Notes: generated by a model not told the origin, from the sequence alone. 37,144 bases of DNA from a virus (IMGVR_UViG_3300025150_000026:1-37144); one strand, 5' to 3'; positions 9,512-18,272 are shown, counted from the first letter of the stretch. Translations and numbers: made by a program.

Positions 9512-9761
9512 AGGTCATCCACGTCGCCAGGGTGCCTCTGGCCGGAACCGTCGCACGTACCGCTCTCCAGTTGATGCACAGCGAGACCCCGCTGTGAGCA
9601 GCGGTGGGCAGGTCGCCAACATCTCGAAGGTGTCGCACATCTACGGCGGGGGCCGAGGGCTCGGAAGGGACATCCCTGTGGAGGAGGCCCGTGGTGACCC
9701 GGGGTACGGTGATGCCGGGGGACCTGCCCGGTATTTCAAACAGGTGCAGGAGCAGCCAACG
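9508..9761 (+). pseudogene. Internally deleted, frameshifted copy of the MTase middle module
   Basis: VKVIHVARVPLAGTVARTALQ (stop at 9595-9597) matches the start of 14559..15275; another frame gives DAQ...GDAGGPARYFKQV, matching LDEQ...GDDGGISRFFKQV of that gene. Confidence 0.65.
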
Positions 9762-11666
9762 ATGTCGATGCCCGAAGACCTGATCGACTACCTGACCAAG
9801 ATGATCGGGACCCCGACCATGCAGGGGCTCTACATGAGCCGCATCGACGACGAGACGCTCCGGGGCTGGAAGAACAACAGCATCCCAGGGCTCTTGGTGG
9901 AGGGGCGGCCAACCGCCGCACAGGCCCAGGAGTTGATGAGGGTCCTCATGCCCGGTGCTCACCTCCTTCTCGTGGCTCCCGATGAGGAGCCGACCGGACA
10001 CACGGGTGCTTGCACCATCGAGGACGCAGGGTTTGAGATCCGTGACGCCATTCTCTGGGCTCGTGAGGGGGGCAAGGCCCACTACGTCCCCAAGTCCAAT
10101 CGCAAGGAGCGGGAGGCGGGCTGCGAGAACCTCAAGGGCAAGGCCGGACACGAGGCGGTCGAGCGGAAAGCGGACACTGCGGGGCTCAACAACCCCCGGG
10201 CCGGGGCCGGTCGGACGGCGGGTCACGTCAAGAACTTCCACCCGTGCCTGCACCCCGATGCTCTGGTGATGACGGAACAGGGGTTCCGTCCGATCTCAGA
10301 GCTTGGGGTCGGCAGCATGGTGTATTCGGCTGACGGCCAGTTTCACATGGTCGAGCACGTCAGCCGTCACCCTTACACCAGCGAGCACCTGTACGAGATC
10401 TTCGTGCAGGGAACCAACTACACCACGCTGGCGTCGGACAACCACCCGTTCCTCATCTGGCGGCCCGCTCGTAAGGGCAACGCCATCGTGGGCGGAGAGG
10501 CGCTCTGGCTGGAAGCTCAGGAGGTCCGCAAAGGCGACTATACGATGACCCCGGTGTTTCCCGAGCCGGACGGAGAGAGCATCGACCTTCGCATCACCCG
10601 TGAAAACGTGGCACAGGGGAGTAACCTGTCAGAGTTGATGTTCCTGTTCGGCCTCTGGCTGGCCGAAGGCGTGGCTCATAGGGCGGGCCACGGGTCGAAT
10701 GTGTACCCCTCGTTCACTCTCAACCTGAACGAGACGGACCTCATCGGGCGAATCGAGACGTTTTTCAGTGGCCGAGGGGTCAACGTCGGAGTGTACCCAA
10801 AGGCTGAAGGGGCGTCGGTGCAGGTGGTGGCCTTCGACCCTCGTGTGGGGGCGGAGTTCGTGCGCTTGGGGGGTTCAGGGGCCTCGACCAAGCGGCTTCA
10901 CCGGGCTGTGTTCGAGTTCCCCGGAGACCTCCGCAAGCAGATCCTTGACGGATGGCTGGCCGGGGACGGCGGACGTGTGCGGACTTGGCGGCAGGGGAAG
11001 ACGGTGAGCCCTGACCTCGCCTCCCAACTTCGGTTGCTGGGGGAGGCCGCTGGATACAAGGCCAACATGCACTGGTTCGATGCAGAGCCGGGGGAGATTC
11101 AGGGTCGTCAATTCAAGGAGACCCTCCCGCATATCCAGCTTCGGTTCTACGAGCGGGACATGGTAGAGAATGGACGGAAGCCTGCCCGCCCCGTGCGGCT
11201 GATTCACGATGGGGTCGAATACCGCCTCTGCTACGTTCAAGCCGTCGTGGAAGTGCCCTACGAGGGCGAGGTCGTGAACTTGTCCGTTCAGGGGTCTCCC
11301 ACGTTCCAGACGGCGGTGGGGATGAGCCACAACACGGTCAAGCCCAAGGAGTTGATGAAACGGCTCCTCTCCGACGTGCCCACCACAGCCGGACCCGTCC
11401 TCGACCCGTTCATGGGTTCGGGCTCGACGGGGGTCGCCTGCCTGGAGACGAAGCACGACTTCGTGGGCATCGAGATGGGGGAGGAGTACCTGGAGATCGC
11501 CGACGCCCGCATCCGGCACTGGAATCAGGTGGGGAACAAGGGCGCATTTGGTGCCCACGATGCCCCCAACGCCACCATCGTGTCCGACCATGAGCCCCTG
11601 CCGGAGGAGTTTGAGCCTTCTGCGGAAGATACCATCTACATCCTATTCGGCGGGGGGGACGAGTGA
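9762..11666 (+). CDS. DNA methyltransferase SAM-binding half (beta-class N6A/N4C), lacking DPPY, intein-containing
   Basis: RVLMPGAHLL, IEDAGFEIRD, KNFHP|TVKP, VLDPFMGSGSTG (motif I), FVGIE; motif IV position reads LLVEGRP. Likely start ATG 9762 after GGAG. Confidence 0.85.
   Translation: MSMPEDLIDYLTKMIGTPTMQGLYMSRIDDETLRGWKNNSIPGLLVEGRPTAAQAQELMRVLMPGAHLLLVAPDEEPTGHTGACTIEDAGFEIRDAILWAREGGKAHYVPKSNRKEREAGCENLKGKAGHEAVERKADTAGLNNPRAGAGRTAGHVKNFHPCLHPDALVMTEQGFRPISELGVGSMVYSADGQFHMVEHVSRHPYTSEHLYEIFVQGTNYTTLASDNHPFLIWRPARKGNAIVGGEALWLEAQEVRKGDYTMTPVFPEPDGESIDLRITRENVAQGSNLSELMFLFGLWLAEGVAHRAGHGSNVYPSFTLNLNETDLIGRIETFFSGRGVNVGVYPKAEGASVQVVAFDPRVGAEFVRLGGSGASTKRLHRAVFEFPGDLRKQILDGWLAGDGGRVRTWRQGKTVSPDLASQLRLLGEAAGYKANMHWFDAEPGEIQGRQFKETLPHIQLRFYERDMVENGRKPARPVRLIHDGVEYRLCYVQAVVEVPYEGEVVNLSVQGSPTFQTAVGMSHNTVKPKELMKRLLSDVPTTAGPVLDPFMGSGSTGVACLETKHDFVGIEMGEEYLEIADARIRHWNQVGNKGAFGAHDAPNATIVSDHEPLPEEFEPSAEDTIYILFGGGDE
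10245..11333 (+). mobile_element. Intein with LAGLIDADG endonuclease (363 aa)
   Basis: HP|CLHPDALV ... ASDNHPF ... FGLWLAEG ... GWLAGDG ... MSHN|T. Confidence 0.92.
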
Positions 11667-12109
11667 TGGCTGGGGGGTCGGTAGCTGCGAGCATCCTCGA
11701 TGGCCTCTTTGAGGCGGATCATCGGGCTCCAATCTCGTGGACCATGCCAGCGGTTCCCTCGTTTCATGCTCACCCAAACCTCAACGGCCTCACGCCAGAG
11801 AACGTAGTCTCGGGCTTTCCTCGACCGCAAAGGGTACTTATCAAGAAGCTCGACCAACCGGAGGCAGTCGGCTTTGGACTGAATCACCCAGGCCATGCAC
11901 GGGTTGCTGTTGCCGCTGCGGGTTCGGTCGGGCTTGAGAACGCCGAAACCCGTCTGTCCCCAGATCTCTCGGAGGACGGGGGTGTCATCATCTCTGAGTT
12001 TGAGGGCAAAATGGGTGGCGTAATAAGCGCCTCTTTTGCCTTTGTGGACTCGGAAACACCCTTCACCGTCGATGAGCCCAGAGAGCCAGTGGCCGAAAGA
12101 TGTATCCAT
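11636..12109 (-). CDS. Free-standing single-motif LAGLIDADG homing endonuclease
   Basis: WLSGLIDGEGCF motif, KYPLRSRKARDY; SD GGAGG upstream on the minus strand. Confidence 0.85.
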   Translation of the reverse strand: MDTSFGHWLSGLIDGEGCFRVHKGKRGAYYATHFALKLRDDDTPVLREIWGQTGFGVLKPDRTRSGNSNPCMAWVIQSKADCLRLVELLDKYPLRSRKARDYVLWREAVEVWVSMKRGNRWHGPRDWSPMIRLKEAIEDARSYRPPSHHSSPPPNRM

Positions 12110-12136
12110 CAACTACCTCCCAGACTTGAGGGGAGT

Positions 12137-12151
12137 ATAGGATGAAAACCC
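12137..12151 (-). promoter_or_regulatory. Variant (GGGT-N6-CCTAT) motif upstream of LAGLIDADG HEG
   Basis: Minus strand GGGT tttcat CCTAT, overlapping the ATG of the divergent MTase gene. Confidence 0.5.
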
Positions 12152-13892
12152 AAACCATCACGCTGCGTCTGGGGGACTCACTTGAGATCCTCAAGACGAT
12201 GGAGGTCGGAGCCGTAGGGGGGGTTGTGACAGATCCCCCCTACGGCTGACTGGCCTTGAGTTCATGGGCAAAGAGTGGGACGCCCCGTGGAAGTACGGGA
12301 TGTCCGAGCACGGGTTCTCCGATGGTGCAGACCGTCGCCCGGCCCCGAGTTTCACGTCGAGCAGGAACCCCACCTGCCAGGCATGTGGCCTCCGGCAGAG
12401 GACCTGGGCAGGGGGTCCCGAGGCGTGCTCGTGTGACGAGCCCGACTTCGACGCCACCATCCACAACATCACCGACCGCCAGAAGTTCCAAGCCTGGTGT
12501 CACGTCTGGCTCACCGAGGTACATCGGGTCCTGCCTTCTGGAGGGGTCGTGAAGATCTTCGGCGGAACCCGGATGTTCCACCGGATGGCCCAGGCGATGG
12601 CGGAGGCCGGGTTCGTGGACATTGGGCTCGAAGCCTGGTGCTTCGGTTGCCTTTCCGACGACACAGAAATCTTGACCGAGCACGGGTGGAAGCTCGGAAT
12701 TCTCGTTGAAGAAGGGGAGCGGGTCGCCTGCTGGGATCCCGCAACGGAGGAAATTCGACTGGAGGTCGTCGAACAAGTCACTGTAGTCCCTTTCGAGGGG
12801 GAGATGGTGGTTTTCCGCAACGATAACACTGACCAGCTTCTCACCCCGAACCACCGTATCTACAAACGGCATCGGATTCGGGAGATGAAGGATGGTATCC
12901 GGGTCTCCACCGTCGAGCCGGACTGGACGGTGGAGCAGGCATCGGCTATCAACAGGTGGAACCCGCTCAAACTTCCCCTGGCTGGCCTGCACGATGGTCC
13001 CGGGGCTGGGGGGGAGGATTGGGTGCGGCTTCTTGGCTGGGTTTGGACGGAGGGCTGCTTCGACCAGTCCGGCACCGGGGTCCGCATCTATCAATCATCC
13101 GTGAACATGGAGCACGTCGAGGAGATCCAAGCGTTGCTCGACAAATTGGTCCCTGGGCACAAGTGCTACACCAGGGAACGGACGTACAAGGACAGGGCAT
13201 ACACTGAATACTGCTGGTTCTTCTCCGGTGAGATTGCAACCCGAGTGCGGGGGGTGATGCCGGAGAAACGACCGACGTGGGCACTCCTCTGGGATATGAG
13301 ATTGGCAGAGAAACGGGTTTTCGTGGATGCGGCTCTCAAGGGGGACGGGACGTGCGGCGGTGGGCGCTGGGCCTTCTATCAGAAACACCCGGATGACCTC
13401 GTGTGGTTCCAGACTCTCGCCCATCTGATGAACAGACAGGGACGCATCAATTTCAACAAACGGGTCGTTGGTCTCCACATGAATCCGACGACAGAACTTC
13501 AGGGTAAACAACTGAAGGCTGCGGAAACGGAGTTCTATCAGGGTGACGTGTGGTGCGTCCGTGTCCCGACCGGAGCGTTTCTCGCTCGACGGAACGATCA
13601 GGTGTTCATCACTGGGAACTCCGGTTTTCCGAAAAGTCTCAATGTTTCCAAGGCCATCGACAAGCACCTCGGCAAGGACGGGGAGCGGCCCGTGGTGGGT
13701 ACGACCCGTGGTGTCTCGGTCGAAGATGACCAGGGCTTCGGTGGAATTGCCCGGGGGGCCGTAGGGGTCAAACAGACCCCTACGGACATCGAGGTTACCG
13801 CTGGGGCTTCCGAGGAGGCCCAGCGTTTTGACGGATGGGGCACGGCGCTTAAGCCTGCCTGGGAACCTTTTCTGGTAGGCTACAAGCCGTGA
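12142..13892 (+). CDS. DNA methyltransferase catalytic half (DPPY), interrupted by stop/frameshift at 12247-12251, intein-containing, lacking FxGxG
   Basis: 12142-12249 encodes MKTQTITLRLGDSLEILKTMEVGAVGGVVTDPPYG*; from 12252 another frame continues GLEFMGKEWD...HRVLPSGG...FGGTRMFHR...FG|SGFPKSLNVSKAID...WGTALKPAWEP and stops without motif I. Confidence 0.82.
12648..13619 (+). mobile_element. Intein with LAGLIDADG endonuclease (324 aa, Gly-Asn C-terminus)
   Basis: FG|CLSDDTEILT ... LTPNHR ... LLGWVWTEG ... ALKGDG ... ITGN|S. Confidence 0.92.
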
Positions 13893-14296
13893 GAGCAGAC
13901 CTGTCTGGCCCGTACTGGGTCAATCACACCACCTGGGCATGTAGGCGGCACGTCCCCTCGGCCAAGTATCACGCCAACGCCGAGCAGTGCCTCCTCGGGT
14001 GCCCGAACATCGTGCGTCCGCCCCTTCAGAACCGGCCAGCCGCCCCGGAGGCCGTCGCCCCACCGGAGCCACCAGTTCTTCCAACCCCGATACCCCAGGT
14101 CTCCCGAGACCCGGAGCCACCACAGGAGTCCTGGCGAGGGTTCGGCCAGTTGGACCCCGGGGTCCTGGCCGAACAGAGCTTGGACCACCTGCGGAAGTAC
14201 GCCGCCAACGTCCTCCAGATCGCCGGGGCCTCGAAGATCCGGGGCGGCAAGACCGCCCTGCTGGAGGTCATCTTGGACCACAGGAAGGCTGCTTGA
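13889..14296 (+). CDS. Hypothetical protein, Pro-rich linker and C-terminal HeH/Rho-N-like motif
   Basis: GTGA overlap; C-terminal SLDHLRKYAANVLQIAGASKIRGGKTALLEVIL. Confidence 0.55.
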   Translation: MRADLSGPYWVNHTTWACRRHVPSAKYHANAEQCLLGCPNIVRPPLQNRPAAPEAVAPPEPPVLPTPIPQVSRDPEPPQESWRGFGQLDPGVLAEQSLDHLRKYAANVLQIAGASKIRGGKTALLEVILDHRKAA

Positions 14297-14314
14297 CCTC
14301 ATGGCACGGGTAGT

Positions 14315-14554
14315 GTGACCCGTGCTGCCGGTCATCCTGGGGTCTTGTGCGACTGGGTCGCCGAGGAGCGCCAGCACGGCATCGAGGCAGGGCAGGTGTT
14401 GGGGGACCTCATGGCCGAGACGTGGGTGTTCACGGACCTCGGCATCTCGAAGGGCATGGAGTACGGCATCAAGCGAGCCGAGGAGAAGGGTCGCCTCATC
14501 CGACGGATCCAGCTTGGCCCCAACGGGGAGACCCGGCTCAAGACGTTCGTGTGA
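14315..14554 (+). pseudogene. N-terminally truncated member of a small phage SLOG-like family
   Basis: PGVL...EERQHGIEAG...FTDLGISKGMEYGIKRA resembles the C-terminal half of a common phage family; no SD and no N-terminal half seen. Confidence 0.4.
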
Positions 14555-14558
14555 GTCG

Positions 14559-15275
14559 ATGAAGGTCATCCACGTCGCCAGGAAACCTCTCGTTGGGACC
14601 GTTGCCCAGACGGCCCTCAAGTACGGGACCGGGGGGCTCAACATCGACCGCTCCCGCATCGGAACCTCGGAGAGCCTCGACGGGGGGGCCTACGCCCAGA
14701 ACCCCTCTCCGAGGCCGAACCCGGAAGAATGGCGGTTCAAGCGTGGTGGGGCTAGGAGCAAGCTCCCGGGGGACGAACGAGAAGGGTCTTCAGCCGGGAT
14801 GTACCAGCCGGGAAGCCAGGTCGAGGGGGAGTTCCAGCAGCCCGCAGGTCGGTGGCCTGCCAACCTCATCCTCGAACACAAGCCTGGCTGCAAGAAGCTC
14901 GGGACACGGAAGGTCGAGGGTCACGTCATCCGCCACTACGAGGGGGACAAGGCGAACCGGGCCTACGGCTTCTACATCGTAGACGAGGAGAACCGTGGGC
15001 AGGACCAGAAGGTCACTACGGTCCTTCAGCAGCCGGACATCGTCGAGGACGTGTACGAGTGCGTCCCCGACTGCCCCTGCGTGATGCTCGACGAGCAGGG
15101 GGAGGCTTCAGGAGCCCACTCTGCCGGGTTTCGCAAATCCAGTGACCCAAATTACGAGTTCCAGGGGATGACAGTGGCTTACCCGCATCATGGGGGGTGT
15201 GCCCGAATCGGTGATGATGGAGGAATTTCCAGGTTCTTCAAACAGGTCGGTGGCAAGCCTATCGACGACCCCTAA
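14559..15275 (+). CDS. Stand-alone middle (variable/TRD-region) module of phage DNA methyltransferase
   Basis: ARKPLVGTVA...YGTGGLNIDRSRIG, GRWPANLILEH, GDDGGISRFFK are segments that normally lie between the catalytic and SAM-binding parts of one-piece phage MTases. Confidence 0.75.
   Translation: MKVIHVARKPLVGTVAQTALKYGTGGLNIDRSRIGTSESLDGGAYAQNPSPRPNPEEWRFKRGGARSKLPGDEREGSSAGMYQPGSQVEGEFQQPAGRWPANLILEHKPGCKKLGTRKVEGHVIRHYEGDKANRAYGFYIVDEENRGQDQKVTTVLQQPDIVEDVYECVPDCPCVMLDEQGEASGAHSAGFRKSSDPNYEFQGMTVAYPHHGGCARIGDDGGISRFFKQVGGKPIDDP
15248..15262 (+). promoter_or_regulatory. CGGT-N6-CCTAT motif
   Basis: CGGT ggcaag CCTAT, about 70 nt upstream of ATG 15333. Confidence 0.55.
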
Positions 15276-15332
15276 ATAGGCGAGCACCTTGAGCTTCCTG
15301 GGCTGGGACCTCTTTCACGGGGGGACCGCCCG

Positions 15333-15653
15333 ATGCGGACTCTGCAACGCCATCACCTGCGGCATCTGCCCCACGGGTCCATCGTCCGGGTGACCCACAA
15401 GGGTAAGCTCTACAGGTTCGCCAAGCTCAATCCTCGTTGGTGGGCTCACACGATGAACCCCAAACTCGGGGTCACCATGGCCGTCATGGAGAACCTGGCC
15501 TCTTTGGGCCGGGTCGAGATGCCTGACCTCCCAGACCACCTCCCCGCCGCCCTTCGGATCGAGGTGCTCGACCGTCCCGTCCCGGTTGAATGGGATGCCT
15601 ATAGCGGGACGTACATGAAGGCCAAGCAGCCCGACGAAGGAGACGAGCAGTGA
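15333..15653 (+). CDS. Hypothetical protein
   Basis: ORF with host-like codon usage, coupled to the next gene. Confidence 0.6.
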   Translation: MRTLQRHHLRHLPHGSIVRVTHKGKLYRFAKLNPRWWAHTMNPKLGVTMAVMENLASLGRVEMPDLPDHLPAALRIEVLDRPVPVEWDAYSGTYMKAKQPDEGDEQ

Positions 15654-17575
15654 TGAGCACTCCCAACCTGAACGGCTACCGGGACGAGCCCGAGAGCGAC
15701 AAGCACTGGACGTTCGAGGACGACTTGGAGCCCCGCATGGGGGCCGCCTCGGGTTCCGGTGACATGGACCTCCGGCCGTTCACGAGCCCCCGGCATGACC
15801 AGCGGAGCACCTCTAGCTGCGTCGGCAACGCCGTGGCCAAGGCCCTGGAGATCAAGCGGATCATGAAGCACGGGCACGACGCCCATGTGGACCTCTCCAG
15901 GCTCGCCATCTACTACCTCGCCCGGGAGTTGATGTTCCCGCCGGAGACCCACATGGACGGCGGGACCTACATCAGCCACGCCTTCGACGTGCTCCGCCGG
16001 TTCGGTGTCCCGCCCGAGGAGGACTGGCCCTGGGACACCGACAAGGTGACGACCCCGCCCTCGTGGAGGGCGATGCGGAAGGCGTACCTGCACAAGATCG
16101 ACTCGTTCTACCGGATCCGGTCTTCGGGCCAGGACCGGGTGGACGCCGTGGTCAAGTGCCTCCAGGCGGGCAACCCGGTGGTGTTCGGGACCAACGTGGA
16201 TGGCACCTGGTTCGGGTATGGGAAGTCGGACGTTCTTCAGCCGGTGCTCGACCGGGACCGGAGCGGACGGCACGCCACGGTCCTCATCGGGTTCAAGGAC
16301 GGCAAGTTCATCGGCGAGAACTCCTGGGGCTGCTATGATGACCAGACGGAGGTTCTGACAAGCGTTGGCTGGAAACCTTGGCCCTCCGTCAAAGGTGACG
16401 AGGAGTTCGCCACCCTCAACCCACAGGACCATACGTTGGAGTACCAGCAGGCGTCCGCCCATCACATCTACCCCTTCGATGGAGAGCTTCATCGTTTCGT
16501 CAGCCAAGGAGTGGACCTGTTGGTGACGCCAAACCACCGGATGTACGTGACCAACCACCACAAGCGTCATCGACCGAACTGGCCCATTATTCGAGCGGAT
16601 GCCATCGACGGCTCCAGACGGGTTTGTTTCAAGAAGGACGCCGAAAACCCGGTCTCCGATGTGGACAAAATCCGGGTTGCAGGGATGGAGGTCCCTTCAG
16701 ATCTTTGGTTGGAGTTCCTGGGTTATTTCCTGTCCGAGGGGTCTACCACATCACGGTCTGGCATTCGCACCCGTGAACGCACTCGCTCATACATGACAAA
16801 GGGGGGAGTGCTGCGTTGTGGAACCACGGGGCAATTCATCGAGAATATGGATCCGGTCATGGAGGAGCGGAGTTGCTCCTACACCGAATCCTACATCGAG
16901 AACTACTATGTCACTGCCCTGAGCCAGGCCGTCGGAGAGGATGCAGACAAGATTGCTGCGTGTACGACCAGGCTGCCGTTCACGTTTGCTGAACACGTTC
17001 AACCGGCCTCGGGCAACCGTCAAGCACGTCGAGTGTGGACGTGTCAGGGCAAGCCGTTGTTCGAGGCCCTCCAGGTCTTCGGCAAAGCCCCAGAGAAGTA
17101 TATCCCAAGGGAGTTCCTCCGGTTGTCCCGGCGTCAGAGCCGTATTTTGCTGGACGGTCTGATGCTTGGTGATGGTACGAGCGAAGGTTCTTGGGTCTAC
17201 TACACCTCCTCTCGACAATTGGCTGATGATGTACAGGAACTTGCCCTTCGTTCCGGGTACGCCGCCGACATCAGCATTACCGACCGGACGAATCAGCCGG
17301 GCTACAATGAGCCTGAGTACGTGGTCGGGATCAAACGAACTCGGATACGACCTGAAGCTCGATATATGCCAATCAGAGTGCCCTACCAAGGCAAGGTCTA
17401 CTGCGTGACTGTTCCCAACGGTCTGTTGTACGTGCGGAGGAATGGTCAGGCCGTTTGGTGTGGCAATTCGGACTGGGGTGACGACGGCTTCTACTGGATG
17501 GACCCGGCCGTGGTCGCCCACAGCGTCAGCAGCAACTTCTGGACGGCCTTGGCCGGTTGGGAGGACTTCCTGTGA
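15650..17575 (+). CDS. Papain-like C1 cysteine peptidase, intein-containing
   Basis: DLR...DQRSTSSCVGNA (Gln, Cys), GRHATVLIGF (His), ENSWG|SDWGDDGFYWM (Asn). Confidence 0.9.
   Translation: MMSTPNLNGYRDEPESDKHWTFEDDLEPRMGAASGSGDMDLRPFTSPRHDQRSTSSCVGNAVAKALEIKRIMKHGHDAHVDLSRLAIYYLARELMFPPETHMDGGTYISHAFDVLRRFGVPPEEDWPWDTDKVTTPPSWRAMRKAYLHKIDSFYRIRSSGQDRVDAVVKCLQAGNPVVFGTNVDGTWFGYGKSDVLQPVLDRDRSGRHATVLIGFKDGKFIGENSWGCYDDQTEVLTSVGWKPWPSVKGDEEFATLNPQDHTLEYQQASAHHIYPFDGELHRFVSQGVDLLVTPNHRMYVTNHHKRHRPNWPIIRADAIDGSRRVCFKKDAENPVSDVDKIRVAGMEVPSDLWLEFLGYFLSEGSTTSRSGIRTRERTRSYMTKGGVLRCGTTGQFIENMDPVMEERSCSYTESYIENYYVTALSQAVGEDADKIAACTTRLPFTFAEHVQPASGNRQARRVWTCQGKPLFEALQVFGKAPEKYIPREFLRLSRRQSRILLDGLMLGDGTSEGSWVYYTSSRQLADDVQELALRSGYAADISITDRTNQPGYNEPEYVVGIKRTRIRPEARYMPIRVPYQGKVYCVTVPNGLLYVRRNGQAVWCGNSDWGDDGFYWMDPAVVAHSVSSNFWTALAGWEDFL
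16331..17467 (+). mobile_element. Intein with LAGLIDADG endonuclease (379 aa, Gly-Asn C-terminus)
   Basis: SWG|CYDDQTEVLT ... VTPNHRM ... FLGYFLSEG ... GLMLGDG ... WCGN|S. Confidence 0.92.
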
Positions 17576-17982
17576 GCGCACCGTTCGATCACCTTCTCCG
17601 ATCCGAGTTCCCCGACATCCTCGGGGACATGCTCCCCGGCCGGGGGGTCGAGTGCGGAGACGGGTGGGTCCCCCTCCTCATGGAGATGCTCCACCAGCTT
17701 CGCTGGGTCGGTGAGAAGGCCGGGGTGAGCATCCGCATCGGGCTCATCAAGGAGAAGCTCGGCGTCCTCGCCGTGCAGGGGATCAAGGTCGGCGAAGGAG
17801 CTACCGAGGTCGTCCAGAACCTCGTCACGGCGATTGTTCGCCAGGCCGAGGCCCGTTCCTGCACCATTCGTGAGGAGTGCGGGGCCTTCGGGAAGCGGCG
17901 GGCCGACCTGGACTACATTCAGACGCTCTGCAACGAGCACTTCACGGCCCACCGTGGCGACCAGGAGGACGACCAGTGCTGA
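17572..17982 (+). CDS. Conserved phage hypothetical protein
   Basis: GDGWVPLL, IKEKLGVL, ECG...TLC pattern typical of a widespread phage family; GTGA overlap. Confidence 0.6.
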   Translation: MSAPFDHLLRSEFPDILGDMLPGRGVECGDGWVPLLMEMLHQLRWVGEKAGVSIRIGLIKEKLGVLAVQGIKVGEGATEVVQNLVTAIVRQAEARSCTIREECGAFGKRRADLDYIQTLCNEHFTAHRGDQEDDQC

Positions 17983-18272
17983 CCCGAACCTTGATGGCCC
18001 TCGTGACCCTCGTGACCCTCTCCTGCGGGCACCTCAAGCCCCCACCCGTGCCCATCGACCCGGGGGACAGCGAGATGTGCCTCGCCGCCTGCTCCCGCAT
18101 GGAGGCCCTCGGCTGCGAAGAGGGCAAGCCTCTCGAAGACGGCACCTCCTGTGTGAAGTTCTGCGTGGAGACCCAGGCAGCCGGGCACGCCCTGAACCCC
18201 ACCTGCCTCTCGAAGATCAACTCGTGCAGCGAGATCGACCACTGCAACGTGAATCGGGAGGGAGGCCGGTAA
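17976..18272 (+). CDS. Cys-rich putative lipoprotein
   Basis: SD AGGAGG, GTG 17976; hydrophobic stretch ending LVTLSC (lipobox); eight further Cys. Confidence 0.65.
   Translation: MLTRTLMALVTLVTLSCGHLKPPPVPIDPGDSEMCLAACSRMEALGCEEGKPLEDGTSCVKFCVETQAAGHALNPTCLSKINSCSEIDHCNVNREGGR

Noticed and set aside
9420-9761. N-terminal 114 aa of the 748-aa ORF as a true start
   Set aside because: Overlaps clpP and a frameshifted remnant; ATG 9762 has a proper SD.
12247-12249. Stop-codon reassignment or selenocysteine readthrough at TGA
   Set aside because: In-frame readthrough gives non-homologous sequence; the homologous continuation is in another frame, and TGA/TAG act as normal stops across the window.
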